From the human T2T-CHM13v2.0 reference genome, Homo sapiens: 64,000 nucleotides of DNA. The notes beneath the pieces were generated by a model. That model saw nothing but the letters and a program-made list of their open reading frames with translations. It was not told where the DNA came from and made no database searches. The stretch lies in assembly GCF_009914755.1 (NCBI RefSeq), contig NC_060928.1; one strand, 5' to 3'. Made by a program: the position numbers and the translations under genes. This document shows positions 15,897 through 28,483 of this stretch, piece after piece. Numbering within the stretch: position 1 is the stretch's first letter; each line of letters starts with the position of its first letter.

Positions 15897-16373
15897 CAGT
15901 GGTTCCTCTAACATCTGTGGGGGGTTGGTTCCAGAACCTTCCACGAGTACCAAAATCTGTAGATGCTTAAGTCGCTGATATAAAAGATGAAGTATTGTCA
16001 TATAACCTATGCACATCCTCCTGTATCCTTTAAGCAATCTCTAGATTACTTATAATAGGCTGGTCTGAGTGCAGTAGTATTTGCAACTAATTAATTACAA
16101 CTAGTTACAGTTTTCTTTGTTCCTTCTCCAGTCCCATTGCTGGAGAAAATTTAATTAACCTAAATTTTTTAAAATGCAAATTTAAAAATAGATTACTTAT
16201 GATAACTAATACAATGCAAATGCTATGTAGAGAGTTATCATACTGTATTATTGAGGGGATAATGACAAAAGTCTGCACATGTTTAGTACAGATGCAATTT
16301 TTTTTCAAAAATTTTTGATCCATGGTGGGTTGAATCCATGAATGTGGAATCCACAGATATGGACAGCTAACTG
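15897..16373. mobile_element. MER2 (Tigger family) split by a Y3 retrocopy
   Basis: TA-flanked cagt...aactg, with internal ttggttccaga, taccaaaatc, cataacctatgcacatcctcc and ttgaatccatg. Confidence 0.85.
16058..16161 (+). pseudogene. Y3 RNA (RNY3-like) retropseudogene
   Basis: ggctggtctgagtgcagtagtatttgcaactaattaattacaactagttacagttttctttgttccttctcca closely follows hY3. A-rich tail and 16-bp TSD tagattacttat(a/g)ata at 16042-16057 and 16189-16204. Confidence 0.92.
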
Positions 16374-16864
16374 TATTTTGTTATGGCAAACAATGTGTAT
16401 AACTGTATTTTGTTATGGCAGCCCTAGCAAACTAACATAGTATTGAGCTTAGGTAAAGCAATTTCCAATCCATAGCCATCTTGTGTAGTCTTTAATCTTG
16501 TTCCTCCTAGACATAATAAAGTCAGTTGGTCATGTAAGTAGGAAAAAAGAAAGTGCTAGCAAAAGGCAAGCATAAATGTAGATGTGGAGCTTCAGAATTA
16601 GAACACTTTTTAACCCACTCCTTTATTTTTAATTATAAAATTAAATGCAGGTTACTTAGCCCGTCAGTTTATTCCTACAGTGCTCAATAAAATTTAGGTG
16701 AAGCATCAAGTTTATAAAAGGAAGTGAGGTGTAGAAGTATCCATTTTATTTCCACTTCTTGGCTTTCTGAATTATCCCCATGGGTATGAAAAATAAAATT
16801 AAAGAACTCAATTTACTTATTTTTCCTTTCAGCAAAAGGTAATTTAATTGATTTAATTAAATAA

Positions 16865-17428
<564 letters not shown>

Positions 17429-17544
17429 TGGTATATTTACCATCAAGGATTATTAGCTGTAGACACATTTCTATTTATAGCTTTGATTAGCCTTTCCTGG
17501 GTTACCTGTGTAGCCTTCTGCATTTCAACCTAGGAAAATATCTA

Positions 17545-18900
17545 ATAAGTTTATTAAAAAAATTATTAAGTTTCTATTATGTCACCATGACAGTGCTAAA
17601 TGCAGAAGATACAGTGATGATTCAGATAGGCATAATCTCTAAGAGACCTTACATTTTAGTGGAGGAGACAAACAAGTAAAGAAACAAACAAGACAATTGC
17701 AGGCTGTGATAAGGGCTGTAAGGAGACCAAATAGCATAATGAGGTGGAAAGTAACATGTGATGCTAATTAGGGGGACAGGAAATGCTAAGAACACATTTC
17801 AGGTAATGATAAATGAGAACACTCTAGCTGTAGGAAGAATTGGTAAAAGAGCATTTCTCATAAAATGCACAATTGTAAAGGCCTTTGGGTGGAGATAGGT
17901 TTGGCTTTTTGGAAGAAGAGAAAGAGGTGAATGGACTGAAGTATAATGTGTGCAGTTGCACATGGTACAAGGTGACTGGGGAAACTGGATACATAATAGT
18001 AGTTTTTATTGAAATATTAAGCCCTGGAGTATGAGAAGTTTGGAAAGATCTGCAGAGGATTGTATATTTCTAATGTCGAATTCTGGCAAGATCCTCTAAT
18101 AGAGATGTCTAGGAAGCAGTTGTGATATAGTTCTGAAACTCCCAGATAATTCTGGGCTAAAAGACACTTTTAGGTCATTAATTATTATTGACTGAATGTT
18201 TGTGTCCCCCTCAAATTCATATGTTAAAATACTAACCCTCAATGTGATGATGTATTAGGAAGTGAGACCTTTGGGAAGTAATTAGGTCATGAGGGTGCAA
18301 TTCTTATGAATGGGATTGGTCCCTTTATAAAATAGACACCAGAGATGATTTATCTTTCAGCCATGCGTGAATACAATGAAAAGACAGATGCCTGCTAACC
18401 AGAAAGCAGCCCCTCATCAGACATAATATCTGCTGGTGCCTGATCTTGGACTTCCCAGCCTCCAAAACTGTGAGAAAGGAATGGTTGTTGTTTAATGTGC
18501 TCAATCTATGGTATTCTATTATAGCAGCTTGAACTGACTCAGATATTCACAAATAGAGATGCTACTTGAAGTGATAGAAGTAGATGAAATGAACAGAGAG
18601 ATTATGTAGAGTGAGAAGACCAGAGGTCCTGAGAAGGAAATTTGAGGACCATCAGTTTTTAAGAAATGGGTAGAATAATAAAAACCTATAAATGAGATGA
18701 AGAATAAATAGCCAAAGGAAGCAGAGAAGAGAGAGTCAAAGGAAGAGCAATTTTCATGTAAGAGAGAACCATTTGCTACATCAAGGGATGAAGAGAGGTC
18801 AAACAAGGTAAAAATTCTAGAATGTTCAAATTGTTGGTGATGCTGGTTTGAGCAGGGCACGTGCAGTGGAAGACACTGAATTACAATACATTTGAAAGAC
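17545..18900 (-). mobile_element. L2 LINE remnant split by an MLT1 LTR
   Basis: L2 3' motifs (ttacattttagtggaggagac, gagatgtctaggaagcagttg) and RT-like peptide FDLSSSLD...GPQISFSGPLVFSLY on the - strand. Confidence 0.7.
18184..18545 (+). mobile_element. MLT1A-like LTR
   Basis: actgaatgtttgtgtccccctcaaattcatatgtt...ttggacttcccagcctccaaaactgtgaga...tatagcagcttgaactgac. Confidence 0.85.
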
Positions 18901-19451
18901 GTGTAAGAAAATGAAGACAGACAGAGGGTTTGCAAGTGTTTGCTCTTGAAGGCCTGGCTGTTGAGGGCCAGGAGTGGAACTTGAATGTGCTTCATACTTA
19001 GGCTGGGGCGGAACAAGGTTTTCATTTTAAATGTTGGAAACTTTTGTCTGTTGAAAGATGGAGTCAGTGGAAAGGGTAAAGACACAGGTAAAGAGAAGGG
19101 AGAGGAAAACTGATGTATCAGAATTCCTGAATTCATGAGAGGTGGATAAGATTCAAGCACAGGTGGAGGAATTGATCTTGGACAGAAGAAACACAGAAGA
19201 AATGTTTTATCTTAACAGAATAGAAGGAGAAAAGAAAAATTCATAGCATAAGTAGATTTGTTGAATGAACTTGAAAGCATTTCCATTTTGATGGCTTCCA
19301 TTTTCTCATCTCTTGAGACTGAGGAGGAAAAATATGCTTGGAGGTTTGAGGAGAGTGGAGAATGTATGAAATAACCATGGAAAACAAGAGCTACCATAAT
19401 AAAATTCCTGAGCATATAAAGGGTTTCTCTATTATACATGACAATTAAACT

Positions 19452-19727
19452 ACAGATGCATCTGCACTTACATCATGTTATGTCCCAATAAACACACCTT
19501 AAGTCCAAAAGTAATATAAGTCAAAATGCATTTAATGCTGGGAACAGAGCAGATGGTCTCTGACTTACAGTGTTTCTACTAATGATTTTTCAACTTTACG
19601 ATGGTGCAAAAGTGATACATATTCAGTAGAAACCTTGTTGTTCATAAGAAGCTTTTTGAGTTCTGATGGGGTTATATCCTGATAAACCTATTGTTAAGTC
19701 CAACCACTTTAAATTAAAGACCATCTG
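19452..19727. mobile_element. MER47/Tigger5-type element
   Basis: TA-cagatg...catctg-TA ends, with internal tttcaactttacgatggtgcaaaagtgatac and attcagtagaaac. Confidence 0.75.
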
Positions 19728-19909
19728 TATTCTACTGCATAATTAATCTGTTGACTCAGTTTGGAGAAAGCAGGTAATAGGCTTTACCCACTATTGGAAT
19801 TTTGTCAAGGGAATGTAGCAGAAGGACAGTGAAGTAGTTCAGGCTACCTGTAAGAAAGTTTTTCCTGAAATTTTCTAACCACAATTTATATTCCCTTTCC
19901 TGCCACTTG

Positions 19910-20181
19910 ACCTGGGAATTCAAAGGTCAAGGTGTCTACCAATTCAGTGTCTGGTAGGAATTCACTTTCTGGTTCACAGATAGCAGTCTTGCTGTGTCTT
20001 CACATGGTAGAAGGGGGCTAGAGAGCTCTCTGGGGTCCCTTTTATAAGGGCACTAACTCCATTCATAAGGGCCTACCTTCATGACCTAATTACCACACAA
20101 AGGCTCTACCTCCTACTACTGTCACATGGGGGAAAGGACTATAACATAGGAGCTTTTAGGGTACACAAACATTCAGTCCAT
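19910..20181 (-). mobile_element. MaLR LTR fragment (MST/MLT1-type)
   Basis: ctgtgtcttcacatggtagaagg...ttttataagggcactaa...ttcatgacctaatt...cacaaacattcagtccat. Confidence 0.75.
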
Positions 20182-20232
20182 TGAACTCGGTTAAACAATA
20201 TTGACAATTTTTAAAAAATTTATAATATAACA

Positions 20233-20362
20233 GGCCAGGTGTGGTCACTCACGGCAGTAAGCACCTAGCACTTTGGGAGGCTGAGGCCAGAGGTTCACTT
20301 GAGCTCAGGAGTTTGAGACCAGCCTGGACAAACATAGTGAGACCTTGTCTCTATAAAAAAAA
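20233..20362 (+). mobile_element. FLAM/Alu left monomer
   Basis: ggccaggtgtgg...gcactttgggaggctgagg...gagaccttgtctcta plus A tract. Confidence 0.85.
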
Positions 20363-20879
20363 TTAATGTTTAAAAAGCAACAACAAAAATTAATATGCTA
20401 AAATACTTATAAATCTCAGAAATACTTTATAAATCTTAAGAGAAAGACAATATTTTTCATTGATTTCTCTCTTTCTTTCTTTTTTCACCCCCACCATGAA
20501 GCATCCTGAGGGCTAATGTTGAATCGAACATGCTTTAAAAAATGCTAACCTGTAGAATTTTCTCCAAACATTTTATTCTGGTCCCTTTTTTTTTTTTCTA
20601 ACCCAACCTAATGGGTTAGAAACTTTCCTTTTTGCACATTTCCCAGCCAAGCCAGCCTCAGAACTGTATTTTTACCTCTTTGCTGATGTTATTACCCCAT
20701 AACAAATGTTCTTCTACCTCTGCACCAGTACTACATATAAATTCTATTGATAATTTTTTTTTTAAAATTCAGCTAGGAAGATATAATCTCAAAAACCCCT
20801 GGCAAACTTAAGTAAGTACATACTTAGTGATGATGAAATGTTGAGAGCTTGCTCGGTGAGCCTAATTTTTCTTTCATTC

Positions 20880-21163
20880 TTTTTTTTTTTCTTTTGAGAC
20901 AGGATCTCACTCTGTTGCCTTGGCTGGAGTGCAGTGGCATGATTTCAGCTTATTGCAACCTCAACCTCCCGAGCTCAGGAGATCCTCCTACATCAGCCTC
21001 CTGAATAGCTCGGACCACGTGTGCACACCACCGTGCCTGGCTAAATTTTGTATGTTTTGTAGAGATGGGTTTTGCCATGTTGCCCAGGCATGTCTTGAAC
21101 TCCTGGACTCAAGCGATCCACTCACCTTCGCTAGGGTTACAGGCATGAGCCACTGGGCCTGGC
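20880..21163 (-). mobile_element. AluJ
   Basis: Reverse dimer with J-type gagacaggatctc and ttgcccagg...ctcaagcgatcc. Confidence 0.9.
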
Positions 21164-22786
21164 ACAGGGAAGCTATTTTTAAAGTCTTATTTAAAAACTT
21201 TAATAATTTGATAAATGCAATGGTTTTCTTTCTATAGCTAATTTGTACTATTTGTATGACTGTTGCCTATTCACTTGCTTATTCTAATAAAGTTGCTAAA
21301 GTAGAGTGCTGGTTCTTGTTCATCTTATCTCATACCATATATATAAAAATTATAAATGGATTTTACTGGTATGGTTAATATAAAACATTTCCCATGAGGC
21401 CAGATTTAGAATTCATAATCTGCATGTTTGGAGCTTTCAGTTGAACTGTCTTGGTATGAGAAAATCTGGAAGAATAAATTCTTTACATGATCCTCATGTA
21501 ATGCTTCTGCAATATTAACTGTTTACCTAGGTCTTAAAGGAAGGAGAAAACAAAAAAAAATCAAGATTGACATTATTGACAAGCTTCTAAAAGGCAGATT
21601 TTTGGATTGCTTATTAAACTGAGATTACATATCTATTTTAGATTCCAGGGGAAGAGGACATGTTGTCACGAACACTTAGGACTTGAAATCCTGGCTTGTG
21701 GAGGATAGCATGACCTCTTCTCAGATCTGCAAAAATGCTGATGGGCAGATTCAAAAGAGTCAACAATAACTTCGCTCTGACTTGGTAAAAACTGCTTTTG
21801 GAAGAGATTCTGTTTGGGAAATTTGTGGGCCTGAGTTACCAGTCATCTGTTCCTGCCACAATAACTGTCATCATTGCTTCGAAGCAATGTTTGGCTTGGA
21901 GCAGTCCCGAATGAGCTGCCTATCACATGTTGACCATAAAATAAGAAGAATAAATAACTGGCACAAACTGATCTGTGGTTGACAGTTGCTTGGTAATACC
22001 TACTTGGATGTAAAGAATTTTGGCCAAAATTCATGATTCTGTATTATGAATATTGACACTGCCTTAATAATAGAACTCTGAATAACAATAGATTTATTTG
22101 TTTTTAAGACATATTCTTGAAATACACTAATAATAACATGTCATTTTCATACAGGAAGGTGTTTTTTCTTTTTGCTAAGGACTTAGGATATATGTCTAAT
22201 TTATCTAAAAAGCTGTGTCATAGCAGTGAATACTTTGACAATGCATTACACTCTTGATATCTGTTTTAAGTCCACACACATCAAGGCACACATGGTTCTT
22301 CCCCATGGGGGTAAGCACTGTTGGCAGATTGGTAGATACTAACGTGGGCTACTTAATTGTTCTGGACTGTTTCCTCAATTAAATGAAAGACAGTGTGACA
22401 CTCAAATTTGTAAATAGAAATATATTATCCACATTTCTTCTCTCTTCTCATATCATCACAATTAGTGTGGTATTTTGGTTGAATAGTATTGTCATTCTGT
22501 GTATCATAAGACGTTATTGAATATACAATTTAGAGTCACACAAAAATATTTTAAGGGCCAGCTTCCAGAATCAGACATATTTAGATACATATCTCTCTCA
22601 ATCACTTACTAGTAAACTGACTTCGGAAAAATTATATGATGCCTGGGGATCTTTATCTGTAAATTGCAACAAGAAAAGTATTAACCTCATAAAGGTATTG
22701 AGGAGATAATAAATTCAAAGTACTTTGCTGTCAATCAATGACGATGGTCATTACTATTTTTGCTATTATTAATATGATGAACAGAA

Positions 22787-22882
22787 AAAATATTAAGTAA
22801 AAAATGACTCACATATTAGTTCATCTTTAAGGCCAAAATATTAAGTAAAAAATGACTCACATATTAGTTCATCTTTAAGGCC
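22787..22882. repeat. Perfect 2 x 48-bp tandem duplication
   Basis: aaaatattaagtaaaaaatgactcacatattagttcatctttaaggcc at 22787-22834 and 22835-22882. Confidence 0.97.
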
Positions 22883-23900
22883 AATCTGGAATTGGAGGTA
22901 AGAACAACCCCTTTGATTTCAATTTTTTAATTTGCATTCAGTATTCTGTACAAAGACATCTACGACTAAAAACTAAGCTTCTTTCACTTGCCTATGTGCA
23001 ATTGGAGTCAGTCTTAATGTTGTAAAGGACATGAAAGATGAAATAATCCTATCTCTTCCTCTTCCAAGTCTAATATTCCGGATAAGTTAAATTCCCTTTC
23101 TGAGCCTCTCCTCTGGTTTCTCATCAAAAATATGGATATGAAAATAACTTGCAAGTAAATTTTGAAGTTTTAAAACCATAATGTAGAAAATTTTTTTGCA
23201 ATTAATAGGTAATCAATGAAAGATGGCTATTATTGTTTAAAAGTTAGTTTAAAAATAAGAGATTGCAGAACATTTTAAGGATAATGTGCTATTTGAAGAA
23301 AACATATGGAAGTGATTTTATCAAATATCAAATAATGTTTTTATTATTCTAATAAGACTGGCTACAAATCAACATTTCCTAATGTAAGTTTTACTGTCTT
23401 TCAAGTTTTATGAACAGTGTTTGCAAGATGCTGAATTACTGTCCCACTATTCTCATCATCTTCTGCTGTAATTTTCTCTTTATTTATATTTATTCTCCCA
23501 TTATCTATTTTGATAAATGTTTAAAGATGATGATTTGGAGGAGAACCATATCTAAAACAGCTGGACATACTTTTATTGAAAATATCTGATCATTATAGTG
23601 GTAAATGGACTGAAAGTTTGATGAAAAATTTCATGAATGACTATTACAGTGCAGGCTGTCATTAAAGAGGAAGTATGACTCATGTAGAGAGAATACAGAA
23701 AAAAATAATTTATATCTTTAAACCATGTTGTAAGGCTATTTAGGCAATGGCAACAGTGATGAGTACTTATGTCACACACAAAAAATGATTTGGTGAGAAT
23801 ACTCTCTCTGTATCCAAAGTTTGATTTCTTAGTATAACAGAAGATATTTAGGGCTGTATTTAGGTTTTATTATCAAGTCAAATAAAATAAATATATTATA

Positions 23901-24134
<234 letters not shown>

Positions 24135-24446
24135 TCAGTGTAGACGTACAAGAAAGAAATGGATAACAGGGTCCCAGTAAGCAAAAAATGCATGTACCCA
24201 CAAAAATTAAAAATAATTAAAAAAAAAACAGCCACAACAAAATTCTATCATTCCATTAAGCAAATAAAAACAAGCAAAAATAGGGGAGGTTAATTCTTTG
24301 TGACTTTTCTTCTCTGCAGCAGATTTTTAACGTCAATTAACCTGTTTATTTCTTGGTACAATCCTGCAAATTATGCATTGTCATTTTCATTTTACTAATA
24401 AAGAAACATGAAATTTGAAGAAATTAATAAATGAGGCCAAGATTTA

Positions 24447-25545
24447 CACATTCATTCAACACTATTCTAGGTGTGTGGGCAACATCAATGGACAAAAATA
24501 GATACAAATCTCTGCCTTCATGAAGCCTACATTTTAGCAAGGAAACAGAGGCCACAAACTGTAAGTATATTGTATGATGAGTTGGGAGGTAATAAGTACT
24601 ATGAAAACAAAAAGAAAAGCAGGCAAAGGGGGATTGGAAATCTTTGGATGGGAGATGGTTTGCACTTTTAAATAACATTGGATAAATCTCTGTGAGACGG
24701 TGACATCTGGGTTGATGTTGAAGATATGAGGGAGTCAGTCATGTGGTGGTCTGGGGGGAAAGCATTTTAGACAGAGGAGCCAATAACCTAAGATGGGACC
24801 ATACCTGGCTTTGGCATGTTGGAGAAGCAGCAAGATCAGCAGGGCTGAAAGAGAGCGAGCCATTAGGAGAGAAGAAGTCAGAGTTAGGGGGAGGAGATGC
24901 ATAACAATTGAAGGTTTGTAGACCATTGTAAACACTGGTTTATAAAATGGGGACTAACTGCTGGGTGTTGAGTTGAGGAATGACACAATATGACCTATGA
25001 CATGTTTTAAAGGGATCACTCTGGCTACTGTTTTGAGATTACTCAAGGGTAGGAGAGGACAATGATAGAGGCAGGGTGAGTAGCTAAAGTGCTATTATAG
25101 TAATCTAACGTAGAGATGAAAGTCACTGAGTCTAGGTTGGCTGCAGTAAAAATCATAAGAAGTAGCTGAATTCCTGTTGTCATTTGAGAGTAAACAGGAT
25201 TTCCTCAGAGATTTGGTTGTGAGGTGTGAGAAAAAGAGTGGAATCAAGAACAACTTCATGATTTTTAGCCTGACCAACCCTAAGGATGAGGTTGCCGTGA
25301 ACTGAGAAGGAGAAGGCTGAATGTGGGGCAGATTTTAGGGAGAACCATAGCTCAGTTTGGGACACACTGAGTTTGACATGTTTATTAAATACGCAAGTTG
25401 AAATGTTGAAAAGGCAGTTAGATAGATGAGTCTGGAGTTCTGGAGAGATGTCTAGTCAGGAGAAGTACATATGGGAGCTATCAACATGGTGTTTAAAACC
25501 TTGTGACCAGATGAAATTACTAAAGGAGTGAATATTGATAGAAAT
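24447..25545 (-). mobile_element. L2 LINE
   Basis: cattcattcaac end, ctgccttcatgaagcctacatt, ttttaaagggatcactctggct, aggcagttagatagatgagtctggagttc. Confidence 0.85.
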
Positions 25546-26459
25546 AAATAGAGAAAAGTAGATCAACACTTGACAGAATTGGGGAAAATAGGTTATTTCA
25601 TGACATTATTTAGAAGCATCCCTTTTCACACTATGATATAAAAGTTATAGAAATATAGGTAAGCAGATCACTTTCATAGAAAAAAATTTTCAAAATTCTG
25701 AACTTGACCATTTTACAGGCTAGAAGAAGTGCTTTTAGGGCATCAACTATATTTCTTAACCTTTGGGCCAAAACCCTACAAACCCATCCAACCTGCTGGA
25801 CTTGCTTTTCTTCTGAATAACCTAATTCTCCAATATAACCTCCATGGATGGCATAGAAACAATACTAGGGAAGGTGAGCAAGTCTGTTGTAGGTATTTTC
25901 AGCATAGTTCTTCCAAATGTGGACATTAGAGTTTGTAAATAAAAGATGTTCATTTTATTACAGGAATCGGAATTCCTATTATTCTAAACTCTTAATAATT
26001 TCTTGATTAATTGAAAACTAAGTGTAAGGTTTTCGCCAACTTCTAAACTCCCCTGGTTGCATGAAAACTAATTCCTTTATCATTCTTCATATGACCTATT
26101 CACCAAAAGTTATATCTTATGAAACGTATATTATCAATATAGTTCTCTCTAATAAAGCATTAAAATCCAAAGTTATATCCTGATCCACTTTGGCGGGGGG
26201 GTCTTCAAACAGTACAGCTCTTTGAATAATGATCATTTTGTAATGTAAATAAGGTAATGATCACTTATTAATGATCACTACTCTTAGGCAGCAGAATATC
26301 TCATGAAGCTTATGGAACACGGTTATATGCAGGAAATATTCCTTCCCTCCATATGCTGCGGGTGGAAAAATTTATTAGTGGATACATCTGTGGGTCCACA
26401 ATACAATGCTAAGTGATGCTCACTTGAGACAATGCTTTTTTAATAAAAAAAATCCATCA

Positions 26460-26786
26460 GGACCTGGTGCAGTGGGGTGGGGTGGCTCAAGCCTGTAAGC
26501 CCCCCAGCTTGGGAGGCTAAGGCAGGCGGATGGCTTCAGGCCAGAGTTGGAGACCATCCTGGACAACAAAGCCAGAGATGCTGTCTCTTAAAAAATAATA
26601 ATAATAATTAGTGGAGCGCAATGGCCTGTCTGTTGTTCCAGCTACTCTACTAGGGAGACCGAGACAAGAGGATCTCTTGATTGCCCAGAAGTTCAAGACT
26701 GCGGTGAGCGATGACTGTGCCTCTGCACTCCAGCCTGGGCAACAAAGTGAGCTCCTGTTGCTTAAAAAATAACAATTAAAAAAAAT
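26460..26786 (+). mobile_element. AluJ, diverged
   Basis: Diverged Alu dimer ending ctgcactccagcctgggcaacaaagtga plus A-rich tail. Confidence 0.88.
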
Positions 26787-26944
26787 CAATCAGGCATACA
26801 TTCAAGAGGTAATAGGATAGCCTTATCTGTTATCTAAGGGCTGCATATCCAAGTAAGGGCTACTTCTTCACAAGGATGAGGACAACAGTATTTTGCTCTT
26901 ATAAGGCAGAGACCCTGTCTGGTTCAGATATGCAAAAATCACTA

Positions 26945-27135
26945 ATTTTGAATCTCTGGTAAATTTCTTTCAAGATCTGTAACTCTAAGTAAATCTCTTA
27001 ATATAACTGAGTTTCAGATTCTTCATCTACAGAAGGGGATGACAAAACTTGCCCAGGAATGTGGTGAGGGCCACATGAGATAAGGCGAGTGAAAGGTGTT
27101 TTGCAACTGTCAAGTTCTGTACACATGTTAATTAT
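26945..27135. mobile_element. MIR
   Basis: ctgagtttcagattcttcatctacagaaggggatga...gtggtgaggg...atgagataa. Confidence 0.55.
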
Positions 27136-27479
27136 GTAACAGATGTTAAACATAGTATTACCTGTATGACTATATTGTCAGTAATTTTGACCAATTTAAG
27201 CTTGCTCAGAAAGTTCAGGCTTTTAGAAATTGGAAGACCCGGAGATTAAGCTGGATGTCTGGGTTCCAGGCAAATGGTGAAATGACAGAAAATGTGTTTT
27301 GTTCGCTTTGACCCAAGAAGGTCATTTGTTGCTCTGTTGTTTGTTGCTAGTGGTCAAAAGCTGACCCCAAGCAATCCCAGCTCCTTGAAAGGTTTTTTCT
27401 TTTTGTACCGACACTATCATTCCCGCCCTTCGTCCCCAACTCCTTTAGTCCCCTAAGGAGTGAGGGGGGTACACATTTC

Positions 27480-28100
27480 TGCTCGGTAACCCCTCCAATG
27501 CCTGAAGGGGACGATGCCGTGACGTTGCTCTGTCGGGACACCTCTTCCCTCCCCCGCCCGCGGTCGCCAGGTTCCCCCGCGGCCCGCGCTGTCCCCGCTG
27601 CGGCCCCGACCGCGGCGCGCCACGGCGCAGGCTCCGCGGCCCGAGCAGGCGCGTCAGCCGAGCTCGGCGGTGGCGCGGGCGGCTGGGACGCAGCTGCCCC
27701 CGCTCGGCGCCCGCTGCACCCTTAGCAGCCACTGCCACCTGGGCCCGGAGCCTCCACGATCTCGCCCGGCGATTGTGGGCAGGGGCGCCTCCGGGTAAGT
27801 GCCAGGAGCTCCACTTAGGAGGAGGGGACGCGGGTTGGGGCGGCGACGGTGGTCTGAGGACGGGAATAGACGCCTTTGCGGAAACAGCGGGTCAAGCCCG
27901 GGGCGGCGGAGCGCGAGGAGCACTGCGGCGTGCCCGGGAGGACGCGCGCTGCCCTGCGCGGGAGAGGGGCGCGGGGCGCCTGGCAGCGGCAGCCGGGTCC
28001 CCGCTGCGGTGGCGCCCGCGGAGACGCTCCGGGTGGAGAGATGCAGAGGGCCGGGGTAATTAGGAAACGCAAGGTTGGCCAGGAGGGCTCCTTGCGTTGT
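27480..28100 (+). promoter_or_regulatory. GLRB: CpG-island, TATA-less promoter of GLRB
   Basis: The only very GC/CpG-rich block in the window. CCAAT at 27495, TGACG half-CRE at 27520 and CGTCA at 27652, GC box ccccgccc at 27552-27559; it precedes a consensus splice donor. Confidence 0.9.
27645..27794 (+). other. GLRB: GLRB exon 1 (non-coding 5' UTR); start approximate
   Basis: Strong donor CCGG|gtaagt (GT at 27795-27796) inside the CpG island, no ATG. The TSS cannot be fixed from sequence alone. Confidence 0.8.
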
Positions 28101-28469
28101 TTTGTTTATGAGGATCCTCCAGTCAATGCAGCTGTCCCCCTTGAAAGATTGGGGGTGAGGACAGAGCAGAGTGGTGAATTTCTCTGTTTTTCGAAGCGTT
28201 AGGGGGGCTCGGCCCTCCTTTTTGCGGGGGCAAGGATGTGAAAGTGGGAGAAGTACCTGCTGCTGTGGGCAAGGTGTCTGGAAGCAGGTGCCGCTGTCGG
28301 ATGGGGGAAGGGAGCGTCCAATGTTGTGAAGTTGCCAGAGGAGAACCTTGTGTTGTTGCTGTTGGTCTGATGAGCCCCCTCTGTTGTCTTCAATTTAAAG
28401 TACCCAGGGAGAAGCCCCTCTGGCTTGCCTGGAGTGTGTGTAAAAGATAAATATGGGGGGAAGAATCCT

Positions 28470-28483
28470 GGGGGGGGGGGGGG
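28470..28483 (+). repeat. Poly-G (G14) tract in intron 1
   Basis: Direct reading; preceded by G6 at 28455-28460. Confidence 0.95.

Larger units (their letters stand above)
15531..16438 (+). mobile_element. MLT1 (ERVL-MaLR) LTR split by MER2
   Basis: ctgaattatgtcccctcaaaattgatatgttgaa...gacttctagcctccaga...cccagtctgtggTA [MER2] TAttttgttatggcagccctagcaaactaa. Confidence 0.85.

Noticed and set aside
21630-22000. Possible lncRNA exon (ttttag acceptor near 21641, GT donors near 21785 and 21993) in repeat-poor sequence
   Set aside because: Splice signals are mediocre and nothing else supports it without transcript data.
27480-28100. REST/NRSE element expected for a neuronal gene
   Set aside because: No convincing match to TTCAGCACCnnGGACAG by eye.
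27347-28202. Overlapping Arg/Gly/Ala/Pro-rich ORFs on both strands
   Set aside because: By-product of stop-poor CpG-island sequence; no recognisable protein.
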